DNA from: a bacterium
GTDB lineage: Bacteria > Krumholzibacteriota > Krumholzibacteriia > G020349025
Direction: 5' to 3'
Assembly: GCA_031362565.1 (NCBI GenBank)
Contig: JANLSU010000082.1
Location: 1 to 56,263 of the forward strand
Length of the DNA: 56,263 nt
The position numbers and the translations under genes are program-made. This document shows, piece after piece, positions 31,778 through 42,845 of the stretch; position 1 is the first letter of the stretch; the number at the start of each line of letters is the position of its first letter. The notes beneath the pieces were generated by a model. That model saw only the letters and a program-made list of their open reading frames with translations, did not search any database and was not told the DNA's origin.

Positions 31778-33363
31778 TGCGTCCCCTTGTCCGGTCCCGC
31801 CGCGGCTCGTTTGACCTGGTCGTGGCGCTCGCGCTCGCGCTCGCGTTCGGGTATGGCGCCGGCCCGGCCGTGGCGGGCGACCACATCGTGGTCGGCTCCA
31901 AAAACTTCGCCGAAAACCGGCTCTTGGGCGAAATGTTCGCGCGGCTGCTCGAAGCCCGCACCGGCCTCACGGTCGAGCGCAAGCTCGGACTCGCCGGAAC
32001 CCAGGTGTGCTTCGAGGCGCTCCGCACCGGCTCGATCGACGTCTATCCGGAGTACACCGGCACCGGCCTCGTGACCTTGCTCGGCGCCAAGCCAATCGGC
32101 AGCGCCACCGCAACGCTCGACAGCGTGCGCGGCGAGTTTCTCGCCCGCTGGGATCTGTGGTGGCTCTCGCCGCTCGGCTTCGAGAATTCGTTCGAGATCG
32201 CGGTGCCACGCGCCGTCGCGACGCAATTCAACTTGCGCACGATTTCCGATTTGGCGCGCGTCGCACCGCAATTGGTGGCGGGCTTCGGGCACGAGTTCGT
32301 GGCGCGCGACGATGGGCTGCCCGGACTCGAGAAAACCTATGGCCTGCACTTCCGCGCCGTAAAACAAATGCAACAGGCGCTGCAGTACGAAGCGGCCGGC
32401 GCCGGCAAGATCGACTGTCTCGACGTCTATACGACGGACGGCAGGCTCGTGGTGCACGATCTGCAAGTTCTCGACGACGACAAAAATTTTTTCCCGCCGT
32501 ACGAAGCGTGCGCACTCGTCCGCGGCGCGACAATCGGGCGCCATCCGGAGGTCGGTGCGGTGCTCGGACTGCTCGCCGGGGCGCTCGACGAAGCCACCAT
32601 GCGCCAACTCAATCTGCGCCTCGAAACCCGCCGTGAATCCGTCGAGCAGGTGGCCGAGGATGCGCTGCAAGCGCTGCATCTGGTGGGCACGCGCACCGTC
32701 CGGGCGCGCGAATCGCAGCGCGGCAACTTCTTCAGCTATCTCTGGACGCATCGCCGGAACCTCACAGCGCGCACCGGCGAACACATTGCGCTCTCGGGCG
32801 CCGGCCTCGCGCTCGGCGCGCTCGTCGCAATTCCACTCGCCGTGTGGCTCGAACGCCGGCGCCGCATCGCCGAGACCGTCGTGCGCATCGTCGGAACGAC
32901 GCAAACCATTCCATCGCTGGCGCTGCTCGCGTTCATGGTGCCGTTCTTGGGCGTCGGCGCGGCACCGGCGGTGGTCGCGCTGTGGCTCTACGCCATCTTC
33001 CCGATCTTGCGCAACACGTACACCGGACTGCGCGATGCAGCGCCGCACGTCGTCGAGAGCGCCATTGCCGCCGGGATGACGGACCGCCAGGTCCTCTGGC
33101 AGGTACGTTTGCCGCTCGCGACGCCGGTCATTCTGGCCGGCGTGCGCACGGCCGGCGTCCTGACCGTGGGAACCGCGACCCTCGCGGCCTTCGTCGGCGC
33201 GGGCGGACTGGGTGAACCGATCGTCTCCGGGGTGCAAAGCGTCGATGCCGTCATGATCCTGTCCGGCGCGTTGCCAGCCGCCGCCCTAGCGCTTGCGGCC
33301 GACGCCCTTTTGGGCGCCCTGGAACGCAGCCTGCGGCCGCGCGGGCTCGAATCGCGGCGCTAG
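31777..33363 (+). CDS. Fused betaine-type substrate-binding protein plus permease (EgtU/OpuBC-like)
   Basis: VGSKNFAE, YPEYTGT, GFENSF, YTTDG, FFPPY, then permease QTIPSLALL, PILRNT, GAGGLG. Confidence 0.88.
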   Translation: MRPLVRSRRGSFDLVVALALALAFGYGAGPAVAGDHIVVGSKNFAENRLLGEMFARLLEARTGLTVERKLGLAGTQVCFEALRTGSIDVYPEYTGTGLVTLLGAKPIGSATATLDSVRGEFLARWDLWWLSPLGFENSFEIAVPRAVATQFNLRTISDLARVAPQLVAGFGHEFVARDDGLPGLEKTYGLHFRAVKQMQQALQYEAAGAGKIDCLDVYTTDGRLVVHDLQVLDDDKNFFPPYEACALVRGATIGRHPEVGAVLGLLAGALDEATMRQLNLRLETRRESVEQVAEDALQALHLVGTRTVRARESQRGNFFSYLWTHRRNLTARTGEHIALSGAGLALGALVAIPLAVWLERRRRIAETVVRIVGTTQTIPSLALLAFMVPFLGVGAAPAVVALWLYAIFPILRNTYTGLRDAAPHVVESAIAAGMTDRQVLWQVRLPLATPVILAGVRTAGVLTVGTATLAAFVGAGGLGEPIVSGVQSVDAVMILSGALPAAALALAADALLGALERSLRPRGLESRR

Positions 33364-33516
33364 TCCCCCCTCCGGTGGCACCCCCAAGCGCGGCGCGTTT
33401 ACGCGCCCACGGCGGCAAGGGAACCTCTAAGATCCCCCCGGGCGTTGACCGGCCGGGCGCCGGCCCCCCCCAGGGCGGCGCCACTCGTACAGGTCGATTG
33501 CCGAACGGAGATTTTC

Positions 33517-34515
33517 ATGGCCGCCGTTCAGCGCGTTCCTCGCCAGGACATCGTGATCGACCTGCGCGTCGGTCAACAAGACGAGCGGCGCTTGTTCGCA
33601 GAGATTCGCGCCGGACTCCTGCTGCCGCTCCCGGAGACCAACCCCAAGTACTTCTATGACGACCAGGGCTCGGCGCTCTTCGAAGCGATTTGTGAATTGC
33701 CCGAGTACTATCAAACGCGCACCGAGCGCGCCCTCTTGGAACGCATCGCGCCGCATTTGATCGCCGCCACCGGCGCCGCGGAATTGGTCGAACTGGGAGC
33801 CGGCGCGGCGCTCAAGACGCGCGTGTTGTTGGATGCCATGGCCGAAGCCGGGACGCTGCGGCGCTTCGTGCCGTTCGACGTCAGCGAGGGCATCGTGCGG
33901 CGGGTGGCGGTGGAATTGGCGCGCGAGTACCCCGGTCTGGCGATTCACGGCGTCGTGGCCGATTTCATGGAACAGATGGAAGAGATTCCCTCCGGCACCG
34001 GCGATCCGCGCCTGGTGCTGTTCTTGGGTGGCACGATCGGCAATTTCCGGCCCGCGGCGGCGGTGGAGTTCCTGCGGCGCTTGGCGGCGCGCATGCGGCC
34101 GGGCGATTTTCTGTTGCTCGGCACGGATCTCGTCAAGGATACGGCGCGGCTCGAAGCCGCCTACAACGACTCGCAGGGTATCACCGCGGACTTCAATCGC
34201 AACGTGCTGCGCGTCCTCAATGCCATGCTCGGCGCCAACTTCGATCTGGCGGCCTTCGAACATCGGGCATTCTTCGACCGGCACGAACGCTGGATCGAAA
34301 TGCGGCTGGTTGCGAACCGCGCCCAGCACGTACAAATCCCGCGCCTCGATCTGGCGATGCGGTTCGCGCCCGGTGATGAGATCCGCACCGAGATCAGCGC
34401 CAAGTACGATCGCGGCGCCGTCGAGCGCATGCTCGCCGCCGCCGGGTTCCGGCTCGCCGAGTGGCATACGGATCCCGAAAACCTGTTCGCCGTGTCGCTC
34501 GCTCAACGCGCCTGA
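33517..34515 (+). CDS. egtD: L-histidine N-alpha-methyltransferase
   Basis: PKYFYD..GS.LFE.IC.LPEYY.TRTE, ELGAG, FLGGTIGN, AYND..GITADFN, IRTEISAKY. Confidence 0.93.
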   Translation: MAAVQRVPRQDIVIDLRVGQQDERRLFAEIRAGLLLPLPETNPKYFYDDQGSALFEAICELPEYYQTRTERALLERIAPHLIAATGAAELVELGAGAALKTRVLLDAMAEAGTLRRFVPFDVSEGIVRRVAVELAREYPGLAIHGVVADFMEQMEEIPSGTGDPRLVLFLGGTIGNFRPAAAVEFLRRLAARMRPGDFLLLGTDLVKDTARLEAAYNDSQGITADFNRNVLRVLNAMLGANFDLAAFEHRAFFDRHERWIEMRLVANRAQHVQIPRLDLAMRFAPGDEIRTEISAKYDRGAVERMLAAAGFRLAEWHTDPENLFAVSLAQRA

Positions 34516-34534
34516 CGCCCGCAGGGGCCCGCCG

Positions 34535-34550
34535 TGGAGCAGTGCTTGCA
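34535..34550 (+). promoter_or_regulatory. Possible sigma-54 promoter for tkt-pgi-gnd
   Basis: TGGAGCAGTGCTTGCA = GG-N10-GC with TTGCA -12 element; -24 element imperfect. Confidence 0.35.
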
Positions 34551-34641
34551 ATCTGCAATCGCGTGTGGAAACTGAGGGCGTCCGTCCACAGCGCTCCCTT
34601 TCCCACGGCAACGTGGTCCATCGGCTTTGGGAGGATCCGCG

Positions 34642-36675
34642 ATGACGACTTCCGGCAGCACGCAATCCACGGCTCTCGATACCCAGTGCGTGAATGCGGT
34701 CCGCGTCCTAGCCATGGATGGCGTGCAGCAGGCGAACTCGGGGCACCCCGGGACGCCGATGGCGCTGGCGCCCTTGGGTTATGTGTTGTGGACCCGGCAT
34801 CTGCGCCACGATCCGCGCCATCCCGAGTGGCCGGATCGCGACCGCTTCGTGCTGTCCTGCGGCCATGCGTCCATGCTCCTGTACTCGCTCCTCCATCTCT
34901 CGGGGTACGACCTCGGGCTCGACGAACTGAAAGCCTTTCGCCAGTGGGGCAGCCGGACGCCTGGACATCCGGAATTTCATCACACCCCGGGCGTCGACAC
35001 CACGACCGGGCCGCTCGGCCAGGGCGTCGGCAATGCGGTCGGCATGGCGCTCGCCGCGGCGCACTTGGCGGCCGAGTTCAACGGCGATGGCCACACCCCG
35101 GTGGCGCACCGGACCTATTTCATTTGCAGCGACGGCGATCTCATGGAAGGCATCTCGTCCGAAGCGGCGTCGCTCGCCGGGCATTTGCGCCTGCCGAACT
35201 TGATCGGTTTCTACGACGACAACCGGATCACGATCGAAGGCAGCACCGATCTCGCCTTCGGCGAGGATGTCGCGACCCGTTTCGAGAGTTACGGCTGGCA
35301 CGTGTTGCATGTCGGCGATGCGAACGATCTGGGAGCGCTCGACCGCGCCATCGTGCGGGCGCAAGACATGGCACGCGAACGCCCGGTGCTCGTCGTCGTC
35401 CGCTCGCACATCGGCTGGGGCAGCCCCAACAAGCAGGACAGTGCGGAAGCTCACGGCGCGCCGCTCGGCCCGGACGAAGTGAAACGCACCAAGCAAAACC
35501 TCGGCTGGCCGTCGCTCGAACCGTTCTTCGTACCGCAGGAAGCCCGCGACGCGTGGGGCAAGTGCGTTCGCACCGGCGAGGCCGTGCACGCCACCTGGCG
35601 TGAATCATGGACGCGCTTTGCAGCCGCCAAGCCCGACGCCGCACGCGAACTCGAACGGCGCTGGAAGGGTGTGCTGCCGGCGGATTGGGAAGCCGGTTTG
35701 CCGGTCTTCACCGAGAAGGATGGCGGTGTCGCGACGCGCGTCTCCTCGGGCAAGACGCTGAATGCCGTCGCGGCCCGCGTGCCCGAACTCATGGGCGGCT
35801 CGGCGGACCTCGCGCCGTCGACGAACACGCTGCTCGCCAACACCGAGGATGTCGGGCCGGGACGCTTCGGCGGGCGCAACATGCATTTCGGCGTGCGTGA
35901 GCACGGTATGGGCGCGGTCCTGAACGGCATGGCACTGCACGGCGGCGTCATTCCGTTCGGCGCGACGTTTTTGATCTTCAGCGACTACATGCGCGGTGCG
36001 ATTCGCTTAGCGGCGCTCATGAAGCTGCACGTCATTTATGTGTTCACGCACGATTCGATCGGCCTCGGCGAGGATGGCCCGACGCATCAACCGGTCGAAA
36101 CGCTGGCCGCGCTCCGGGTCATTCCGGGATTGGTCGTCGTGCGCCCGGCCGACGCGACCGAGACGGTCGCCGCCTGGCGCTTCGCAATGACCCACCAAGG
36201 ACCGGTGGCGATGGTGCTGACCCGGCAAAAGACGCTGTTCCTGGACCGGACGCGATTCGCACCCGTAAGCGGTGTGGACCAAGGCGCGTACGTGCTCGCG
36301 GAAGCGGTGGGCGGCGCGCCGCGGGCCATCGTCATCGCCTCCGGTTCGGAAGTCGGCATCGCCATCGCCGCGCAGGAAGCGTTGCAAAAGGACGGCGTTC
36401 CGACCCGGGTGGTTTCGGCCCCCTGCCTCGAAGTCTTCGCGCAACAGCCACAAGCCTATCGCGACGCGGTTCTACCGCCGGGCGTCCGCGCCCGGGTCGC
36501 AGTCGAGGCCGCGCATCCGATGCCGTGGTATCGCTGGGTTGGCGACGCCGGCGAGGTCGTCGGACTCGATCACTTTGGCGCCTCGGCGCCGGCCGAACGT
36601 TTGTATGCCGAATTCGGACTCACGGCCGAAAACGTCGTGGCACGCGTGCGTGCCGCGCTCGGCCGCGTATCCTGA
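34642..36675 (+). CDS. tkt: Transketolase
   Basis: [48 protein letters not shown]. Confidence 0.97.
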   Translation: MTTSGSTQSTALDTQCVNAVRVLAMDGVQQANSGHPGTPMALAPLGYVLWTRHLRHDPRHPEWPDRDRFVLSCGHASMLLYSLLHLSGYDLGLDELKAFRQWGSRTPGHPEFHHTPGVDTTTGPLGQGVGNAVGMALAAAHLAAEFNGDGHTPVAHRTYFICSDGDLMEGISSEAASLAGHLRLPNLIGFYDDNRITIEGSTDLAFGEDVATRFESYGWHVLHVGDANDLGALDRAIVRAQDMARERPVLVVVRSHIGWGSPNKQDSAEAHGAPLGPDEVKRTKQNLGWPSLEPFFVPQEARDAWGKCVRTGEAVHATWRESWTRFAAAKPDAARELERRWKGVLPADWEAGLPVFTEKDGGVATRVSSGKTLNAVAARVPELMGGSADLAPSTNTLLANTEDVGPGRFGGRNMHFGVREHGMGAVLNGMALHGGVIPFGATFLIFSDYMRGAIRLAALMKLHVIYVFTHDSIGLGEDGPTHQPVETLAALRVIPGLVVVRPADATETVAAWRFAMTHQGPVAMVLTRQKTLFLDRTRFAPVSGVDQGAYVLAEAVGGAPRAIVIASGSEVGIAIAAQEALQKDGVPTRVVSAPCLEVFAQQPQAYRDAVLPPGVRARVAVEAAHPMPWYRWVGDAGEVVGLDHFGASAPAERLYAEFGLTAENVVARVRAALGRVS

Positions 36676-36694
36676 ACCCGAGACGGAGGTCGAC

Positions 36695-38269
36695 GTGATC
36701 GCAACACAACGCGCCCAGCTTGGCGCCCTCGCGCCGTCAGTGGAGAAACGGCTCGCCGCATTGGACACCGCGCAAGTCGCGCGGCGGATTTGGCAGAGCG
36801 ATCCGACGGTGTGGAAAGACGACCCCAACACGCCGGAGATTCGCGATCGCCTGGGCTGGCTCGAGTTGCCGGTGTCGATGCGCAAGCACGTGCAGCACCT
36901 GCAGGAATTCGCCGCCGCCGTGCGGCCCGAATTCGACCGCGTCGTGCTGTGCGGCATGGGCGGCTCGAGCTTGGCACCGGAAGTATTGTGGCGCAGTTTC
37001 GGACGGCAGAGCGGCTTTCCCGTCTTCAGCATGCTCGACAGCACCGACCCGCGCGCCGTCGCGGCAGTGGAGCAAACCGGTGACCTCGCCACCACCCTCT
37101 TCGTCATCTCGAGCAAGTCGGGCGGGACGATCGAAACCGACAGCGCGATGCGGGTGTTTTGGCAACGTGTCGCCGAACGCGGTGCACAGTTCACGGTCGT
37201 CACTGATCCGGGCACGGCGCTGGCGCGCACGGCGAGCGAACGCGGCTACCGGCGCGCATTTCTGAACCCACCCGACATCGGCGGGCGCTACTCCGCGCTG
37301 TCACTCTTCGGACTCGTTCCGGCAGCCCTGCTCGGCATCGATCCCGGTGTCCTCCTCGAGCGTGCAGCGCGCATGGCCGAAGCCTGCGGTCCGCAGGCTC
37401 CGGCGGCGCAAAACCCGGGCCTTTGGCTGGGCGCCGTGCTGGCCGAAGCGGCGTTACAGGGGCGCGACAAACTGACGCTCGTGTGCGCATCGGAGATTGG
37501 TTCGTTCGGTCTGTGGGTCGAACAACTCGTCGCCGAGAGTACCGGCAAGGAAGGCCGCGGCATCGTTCCGGTCTGCGACGAGCCGCTCGGCGCACCGGCA
37601 GTCTACGGCAACGATCGGCTGTTCGTAGCGCTTGGGCGGGCCGGCAAGGCCGACCCGCATGCGGCGGCTCTCGATGCCTTGGCGGCGGCCGGCCATCCGG
37701 TCGTGCGCCTCGAGTTCGCCGATGCCTTCGACTTGGGCGCCGAGTTCTTCCGCTGGGAAATGGCGACCGCGGTCGCCGGTTCCGTGTTGCGCATCAACGC
37801 CTTCGATCAACCCAACGTCGCGGAGAGCAAACGCAACACGCTCGACGTGTTGGCCAAGGGCGCTCCGTTGTCGCCGGCCGCCGCGCCAGGCGACGTGCGC
37901 GCCATGCTCGACGGCTTGAAGGCCGGCGACTATCTCGCGGTGCTCGCCTACTTGCCGCCCACCGCCGAGAATGACCGGCGCCTGGCGGCGGTGCGAGTGC
38001 GGCTCCGCGACCGCTATCGGGTCGCGACCACGGTCGGATTCGGACCGCGCTATCTGCATTCCACCGGACAATTGCACAAAGGCGGCCCATTGCGCGGACG
38101 CTTCGTGGTGATCACCTCGACGCCGGACGTGGACGTCGCGATTCCGGGCGAGACCTACGGCTTCCGCACCTTGCAAGCGGCGCAGGCCGAAGGCGACTTA
38201 CGCGCCTTCCGGGCCCGCAATCTGCCGGCCGTACGCATCGAAGGACTCGAGAATTTCGAATCGCTGTGA
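36695..38269 (+). CDS. pgi: Glucose-6-phosphate isomerase (type usually fused to transaldolase)
   Basis: RLGWL, GMGGSSL, SSKSGGTIET, IGGRYSALS, EQLVAESTGK, FDQPNV, GPRYLHSTGQLHKGG; GTG after GGAGG. Confidence 0.9.
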   Translation: MIATQRAQLGALAPSVEKRLAALDTAQVARRIWQSDPTVWKDDPNTPEIRDRLGWLELPVSMRKHVQHLQEFAAAVRPEFDRVVLCGMGGSSLAPEVLWRSFGRQSGFPVFSMLDSTDPRAVAAVEQTGDLATTLFVISSKSGGTIETDSAMRVFWQRVAERGAQFTVVTDPGTALARTASERGYRRAFLNPPDIGGRYSALSLFGLVPAALLGIDPGVLLERAARMAEACGPQAPAAQNPGLWLGAVLAEAALQGRDKLTLVCASEIGSFGLWVEQLVAESTGKEGRGIVPVCDEPLGAPAVYGNDRLFVALGRAGKADPHAAALDALAAAGHPVVRLEFADAFDLGAEFFRWEMATAVAGSVLRINAFDQPNVAESKRNTLDVLAKGAPLSPAAAPGDVRAMLDGLKAGDYLAVLAYLPPTAENDRRLAAVRVRLRDRYRVATTVGFGPRYLHSTGQLHKGGPLRGRFVVITSTPDVDVAIPGETYGFRTLQAAQAEGDLRAFRARNLPAVRIEGLENFESL

Positions 38270-38306
38270 GCCGGTGCGGCCTTGGCGCCGCGGGGAGGAA
38301 GAGGCC

Positions 38307-39716
<1,410 letters not shown>

Positions 39717-39752
39717 GGCAGCGCACCCTGTGGCGGTGCAACCGCCGGGCGG

Positions 39753-42203
39753 CTATGGAAGTTGCTGGGGGAGCCAGTCGGTCGTGGTCTTGACCTCGAC
39801 GCCGTAGGCTTCACCGGGGAGCACGACGAAGTTCGTGCCACTCCAGGCGCTGCCGTTCCATTGGTAGGTCTGATACGTCTGCAAGTCGGGGTTCAAACGC
39901 GTGATGCGCGTCACCACCGTCGGGCTGTAGCCTTGATTCATGTCCTGCACCACTTGGAATGCCAATTGGTCGGCGGTGCGGGCCGGCAGGCTGACCCAAT
40001 TCAAACTCGGCAGGCCCGGATTGTTCGTGAGGCGCATCGTCGTGCCGTCGTCGTGCGCGCCGACGAGGATGGCATCCAAATCGTTGTTGATCGCGATCGC
40101 GATCCCCTGTCCGTTCGTCAGGGTGAAATTCGTGCCGGTCCACGTCGGGTTCACGTACACCCAGCTCGACGGGCGCTGCAGAGCCACATCCCAGCGCATC
40201 ACCTTCGTGCACGGACCCGAGGCGCCGCGGTTGAGATCCCGCGCCAGGCCGCTGGCGTTGGTGTAGATGACCTGGTACGGCAGCGACAACCAGTAGATGT
40301 TGGAAATGCCGGTGTGGAACGTCAGTGGATGATGCAGTTTGTACGCTAGATTCGAAGTTCCCGGTGATTGGTTGTTGGCGGCGTCGACGGTCGTGACCCG
40401 GTAGTAGTAGTCGACACCGCTCGTGAGCGCGTTGACGTCGCGGTAGGTGCTCTTGGTCGTCGTCGCGATCTGATTTGTGAGTGTCGAGCGATCGGCGACG
40501 AAGTCGGGGGTCGTACCGCGGAAGATGCGGTACATGGACACGGTCTCCACGTTGCCGGAGGTGTCCTTCGTCACTTTCGGCCAGCTCAGGTAGACATCGT
40601 TATTGTCTTTGCTGGCGCGCAATTTGACGGGGGCGTTCGGCGGCGTGAGATCGGGCGCCAAGCGGTCGACCCAGATGGGGCTGCCCCACGCCATTTGCCC
40701 ATCGGTCTGCGTGACGCGAACGTAGTAGTACGCGGCGCCATTGAACGAGTTGTCCGCCCAAGTGAACGAGACCGGCACCGCCGCCGGAGTGCTGGGCACC
40801 ACGTCGATCACCGGGGTTCCGTCCTGTGAGGTGACGCCATCGAGCTCGACGGCGATGACGTTGTCGCCGGCGGTGAGCGGCGCGCCGACCGTCGCAAGGT
40901 CGTAGAAGCCAAGGCGTGAAAACTGCTCACGGGACCCCGCCAGTTCGTGCGCATCCGGTCCACTGCAGTCGTGCGGCCGGTCGGGATCATCGAAGTGCAG
41001 CGTGCGCGTGTCGACGACGAGCCGGCCGTTGACCCAAAGGCGATACGCGCCGCGCAAATTCGTCCGCAGGGTCGCGGCTGCGGGCGCGGCGCCGGCGTCG
41101 AGGTGGCGGCGCAAGCGCACTGGTGCCGGTTGGCGGCGAGGCAAGCGGATTTCCTCGAGTGACGTCGAACGCCAGTTCCCGTCATCGGTCGAAGCGGCCG
41201 CGAATTCAGCCCCGAAGGCGTCCGGCGCGCGCCGCCACGTTGCTGCCGGCAGCGCCTTCGCGAAGCCCGCCGGCTCGAAGGTGTACACGACGGAGTTATT
41301 CTTCAGGACTTCGATCATCTCCAGGCTGCCCTCGGGAGTGCAGTTCACGGTCAGCGTCGGGCCCGTGGACGCAGTGTAGACCTCGCCCATCTCGTGGCCA
41401 TCGGCCAAGACGCGCAGCACGATACGCGCCCCACTCGTCGCATAGCAGCGGCGCGCCTTGAGCGCCGCGTGCAGGTTCGTCTTGGAGAGCGACGTCGCAA
41501 GCACGCCCGTCAGTCCGTAGTCGCCGGGCTGGGCCGTGCGCGTGTCGCTCACGGCGACGAAACCGAAGCGGAACCCTTGCGCCAGCGCCTGCTGGCAGCC
41601 GTGCGTACCCGTCTCGTAGTGCCCGTGGCGCGAGTAGACCTCGGCGATCTTGTCGCTCGCACCGTCGAAGTAGTTCCAGTCCGTCCGGTAGTTCGAGAGG
41701 TCGGGATGGGCGACGCTCGAGAAACCGTTGGTTGTCGTTGCAACGCCTTCCACGAGTTCGCTGACGTGGTCGGCGGCCGAAGTGCTGCTGCGGAAGATCG
41801 GCTGGTTGTCGGTCAGGTAGTACACCGGCCGGTGGCCGAAATCGCCGTAGGTATCGTCGCCCCATTCGAAGGCGCTGAAGGCCACGAACGAGCCCGACGA
41901 TGTGAAGGCCGCGGCGCGCGCTTTGCAGTCGGACCATTCGCTGTCCGACAAGTCGAAATCCTTCTCGGTGAGGGCGACGAAGTTCAGGCCCTTGGTGTCG
42001 CGCGCATACCGGATGTAGTTGTCGATGGTCGCAACGGTGAGCGTGACCGGCGAGTCCATCGTGTGGCCGTGCAAGTCGCCAAAATAGGTGTTGTAGGCGA
42101 GCGGCGCGGCGGCGGCCGAAGCCGGTACCGCGGCAGAACCCGGCGACGCGGCGGCAACCAGCCACACGCAGAGCAACGCCGGGCGGAGCGAGAACAGCCG
42201 CAA
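39753..42203 (-). CDS. Exported PHP/DUF3604-like metallohydrolase with FN3-like and tandem C-terminal modules
   Basis: Signal peptide; YFGDLHGHT, FEW..GH, AHP, EVYSRHG, RRCYATSG, YYYVRVTQTDG.AWGSPIW; TTG after GAGGTG. Confidence 0.75.
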   Translation of the reverse strand: MRLFSLRPALLCVWLVAAASPGSAAVPASAAAAPLAYNTYFGDLHGHTMDSPVTLTVATIDNYIRYARDTKGLNFVALTEKDFDLSDSEWSDCKARAAAFTSSGSFVAFSAFEWGDDTYGDFGHRPVYYLTDNQPIFRSSTSAADHVSELVEGVATTTNGFSSVAHPDLSNYRTDWNYFDGASDKIAEVYSRHGHYETGTHGCQQALAQGFRFGFVAVSDTRTAQPGDYGLTGVLATSLSKTNLHAALKARRCYATSGARIVLRVLADGHEMGEVYTASTGPTLTVNCTPEGSLEMIEVLKNNSVVYTFEPAGFAKALPAATWRRAPDAFGAEFAAASTDDGNWRSTSLEEIRLPRRQPAPVRLRRHLDAGAAPAAATLRTNLRGAYRLWVNGRLVVDTRTLHFDDPDRPHDCSGPDAHELAGSREQFSRLGFYDLATVGAPLTAGDNVIAVELDGVTSQDGTPVIDVVPSTPAAVPVSFTWADNSFNGAAYYYVRVTQTDGQMAWGSPIWVDRLAPDLTPPNAPVKLRASKDNNDVYLSWPKVTKDTSGNVETVSMYRIFRGTTPDFVADRSTLTNQIATTTKSTYRDVNALTSGVDYYYRVTTVDAANNQSPGTSNLAYKLHHPLTFHTGISNIYWLSLPYQVIYTNASGLARDLNRGASGPCTKVMRWDVALQRPSSWVYVNPTWTGTNFTLTNGQGIAIAINNDLDAILVGAHDDGTTMRLTNNPGLPSLNWVSLPARTADQLAFQVVQDMNQGYSPTVVTRITRLNPDLQTYQTYQWNGSAWSGTNFVVLPGEAYGVEVKTTTDWLPQQLP

Positions 42204-42845
42204 GACGACACCTCATGATTCGACGGCGGGAAGGCACCCATGGGTCGAGACGCAGACGGACCGGGCCAAGGGCATGGACCGGACGACGCGGGATCGCAAG
42301 TCGCGTTCCTGGCCGCCCGGGCGTCGCGATCGGGCGCGATACCGTCCGTCCCCGGAACCATGCGCCCCGCCGGGTCCGGTCCGGGACCCGGGAGTTGGGG
42401 CACTGCCCACGGCCGGCGGGCCGCTGCGTGGGGCAAACGACTCAACCACCTTGAGTCGGCGTATGGAACTCTGCTATCCTTAACGTCGTTCCGGGTGCTG
42501 CGCTGATCCGATCCTCTGTCGGGACGGCGGGCTCGTGAACCGACCCCAAGTGACTCAAGCACGACACCAAGGGAACCGGCGACCAAAGGAGACACTCGGA
42601 GCGCACCACCAGCGAGATCGTCGCGACTGCGCTCCGCGATGGGGGCGGTTTTTCGGCAGCGTCCGAAACGTCCTCCTTCACCTTCACTTCGACAGGTCTA
42701 TGGCCGACTGCTAAAGCGCCGAATGTTGCCGATGACGAAATAGAGTTTCTGAGAGGTGTGTTGCCACCTCTTGTAACGGCGCAATCGTTCGGCCGTGCGG
42801 CATTTCTGCCCTGCCGTGCGGGTCGGTCCATTCGTGGGAGGACTC

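Noticed and set aside
33364..33516. Possible riboswitch upstream of egtD
   Set aside because: No SAM or c-di-GMP consensus; pairing explained by GC richness.
42430..42480. GGGCAAAC followed by a hairpin, resembling the start of a c-di-GMP-I riboswitch
   Set aside because: Lacks the GNRA loop, the GACGCAAA junction and the second stem.
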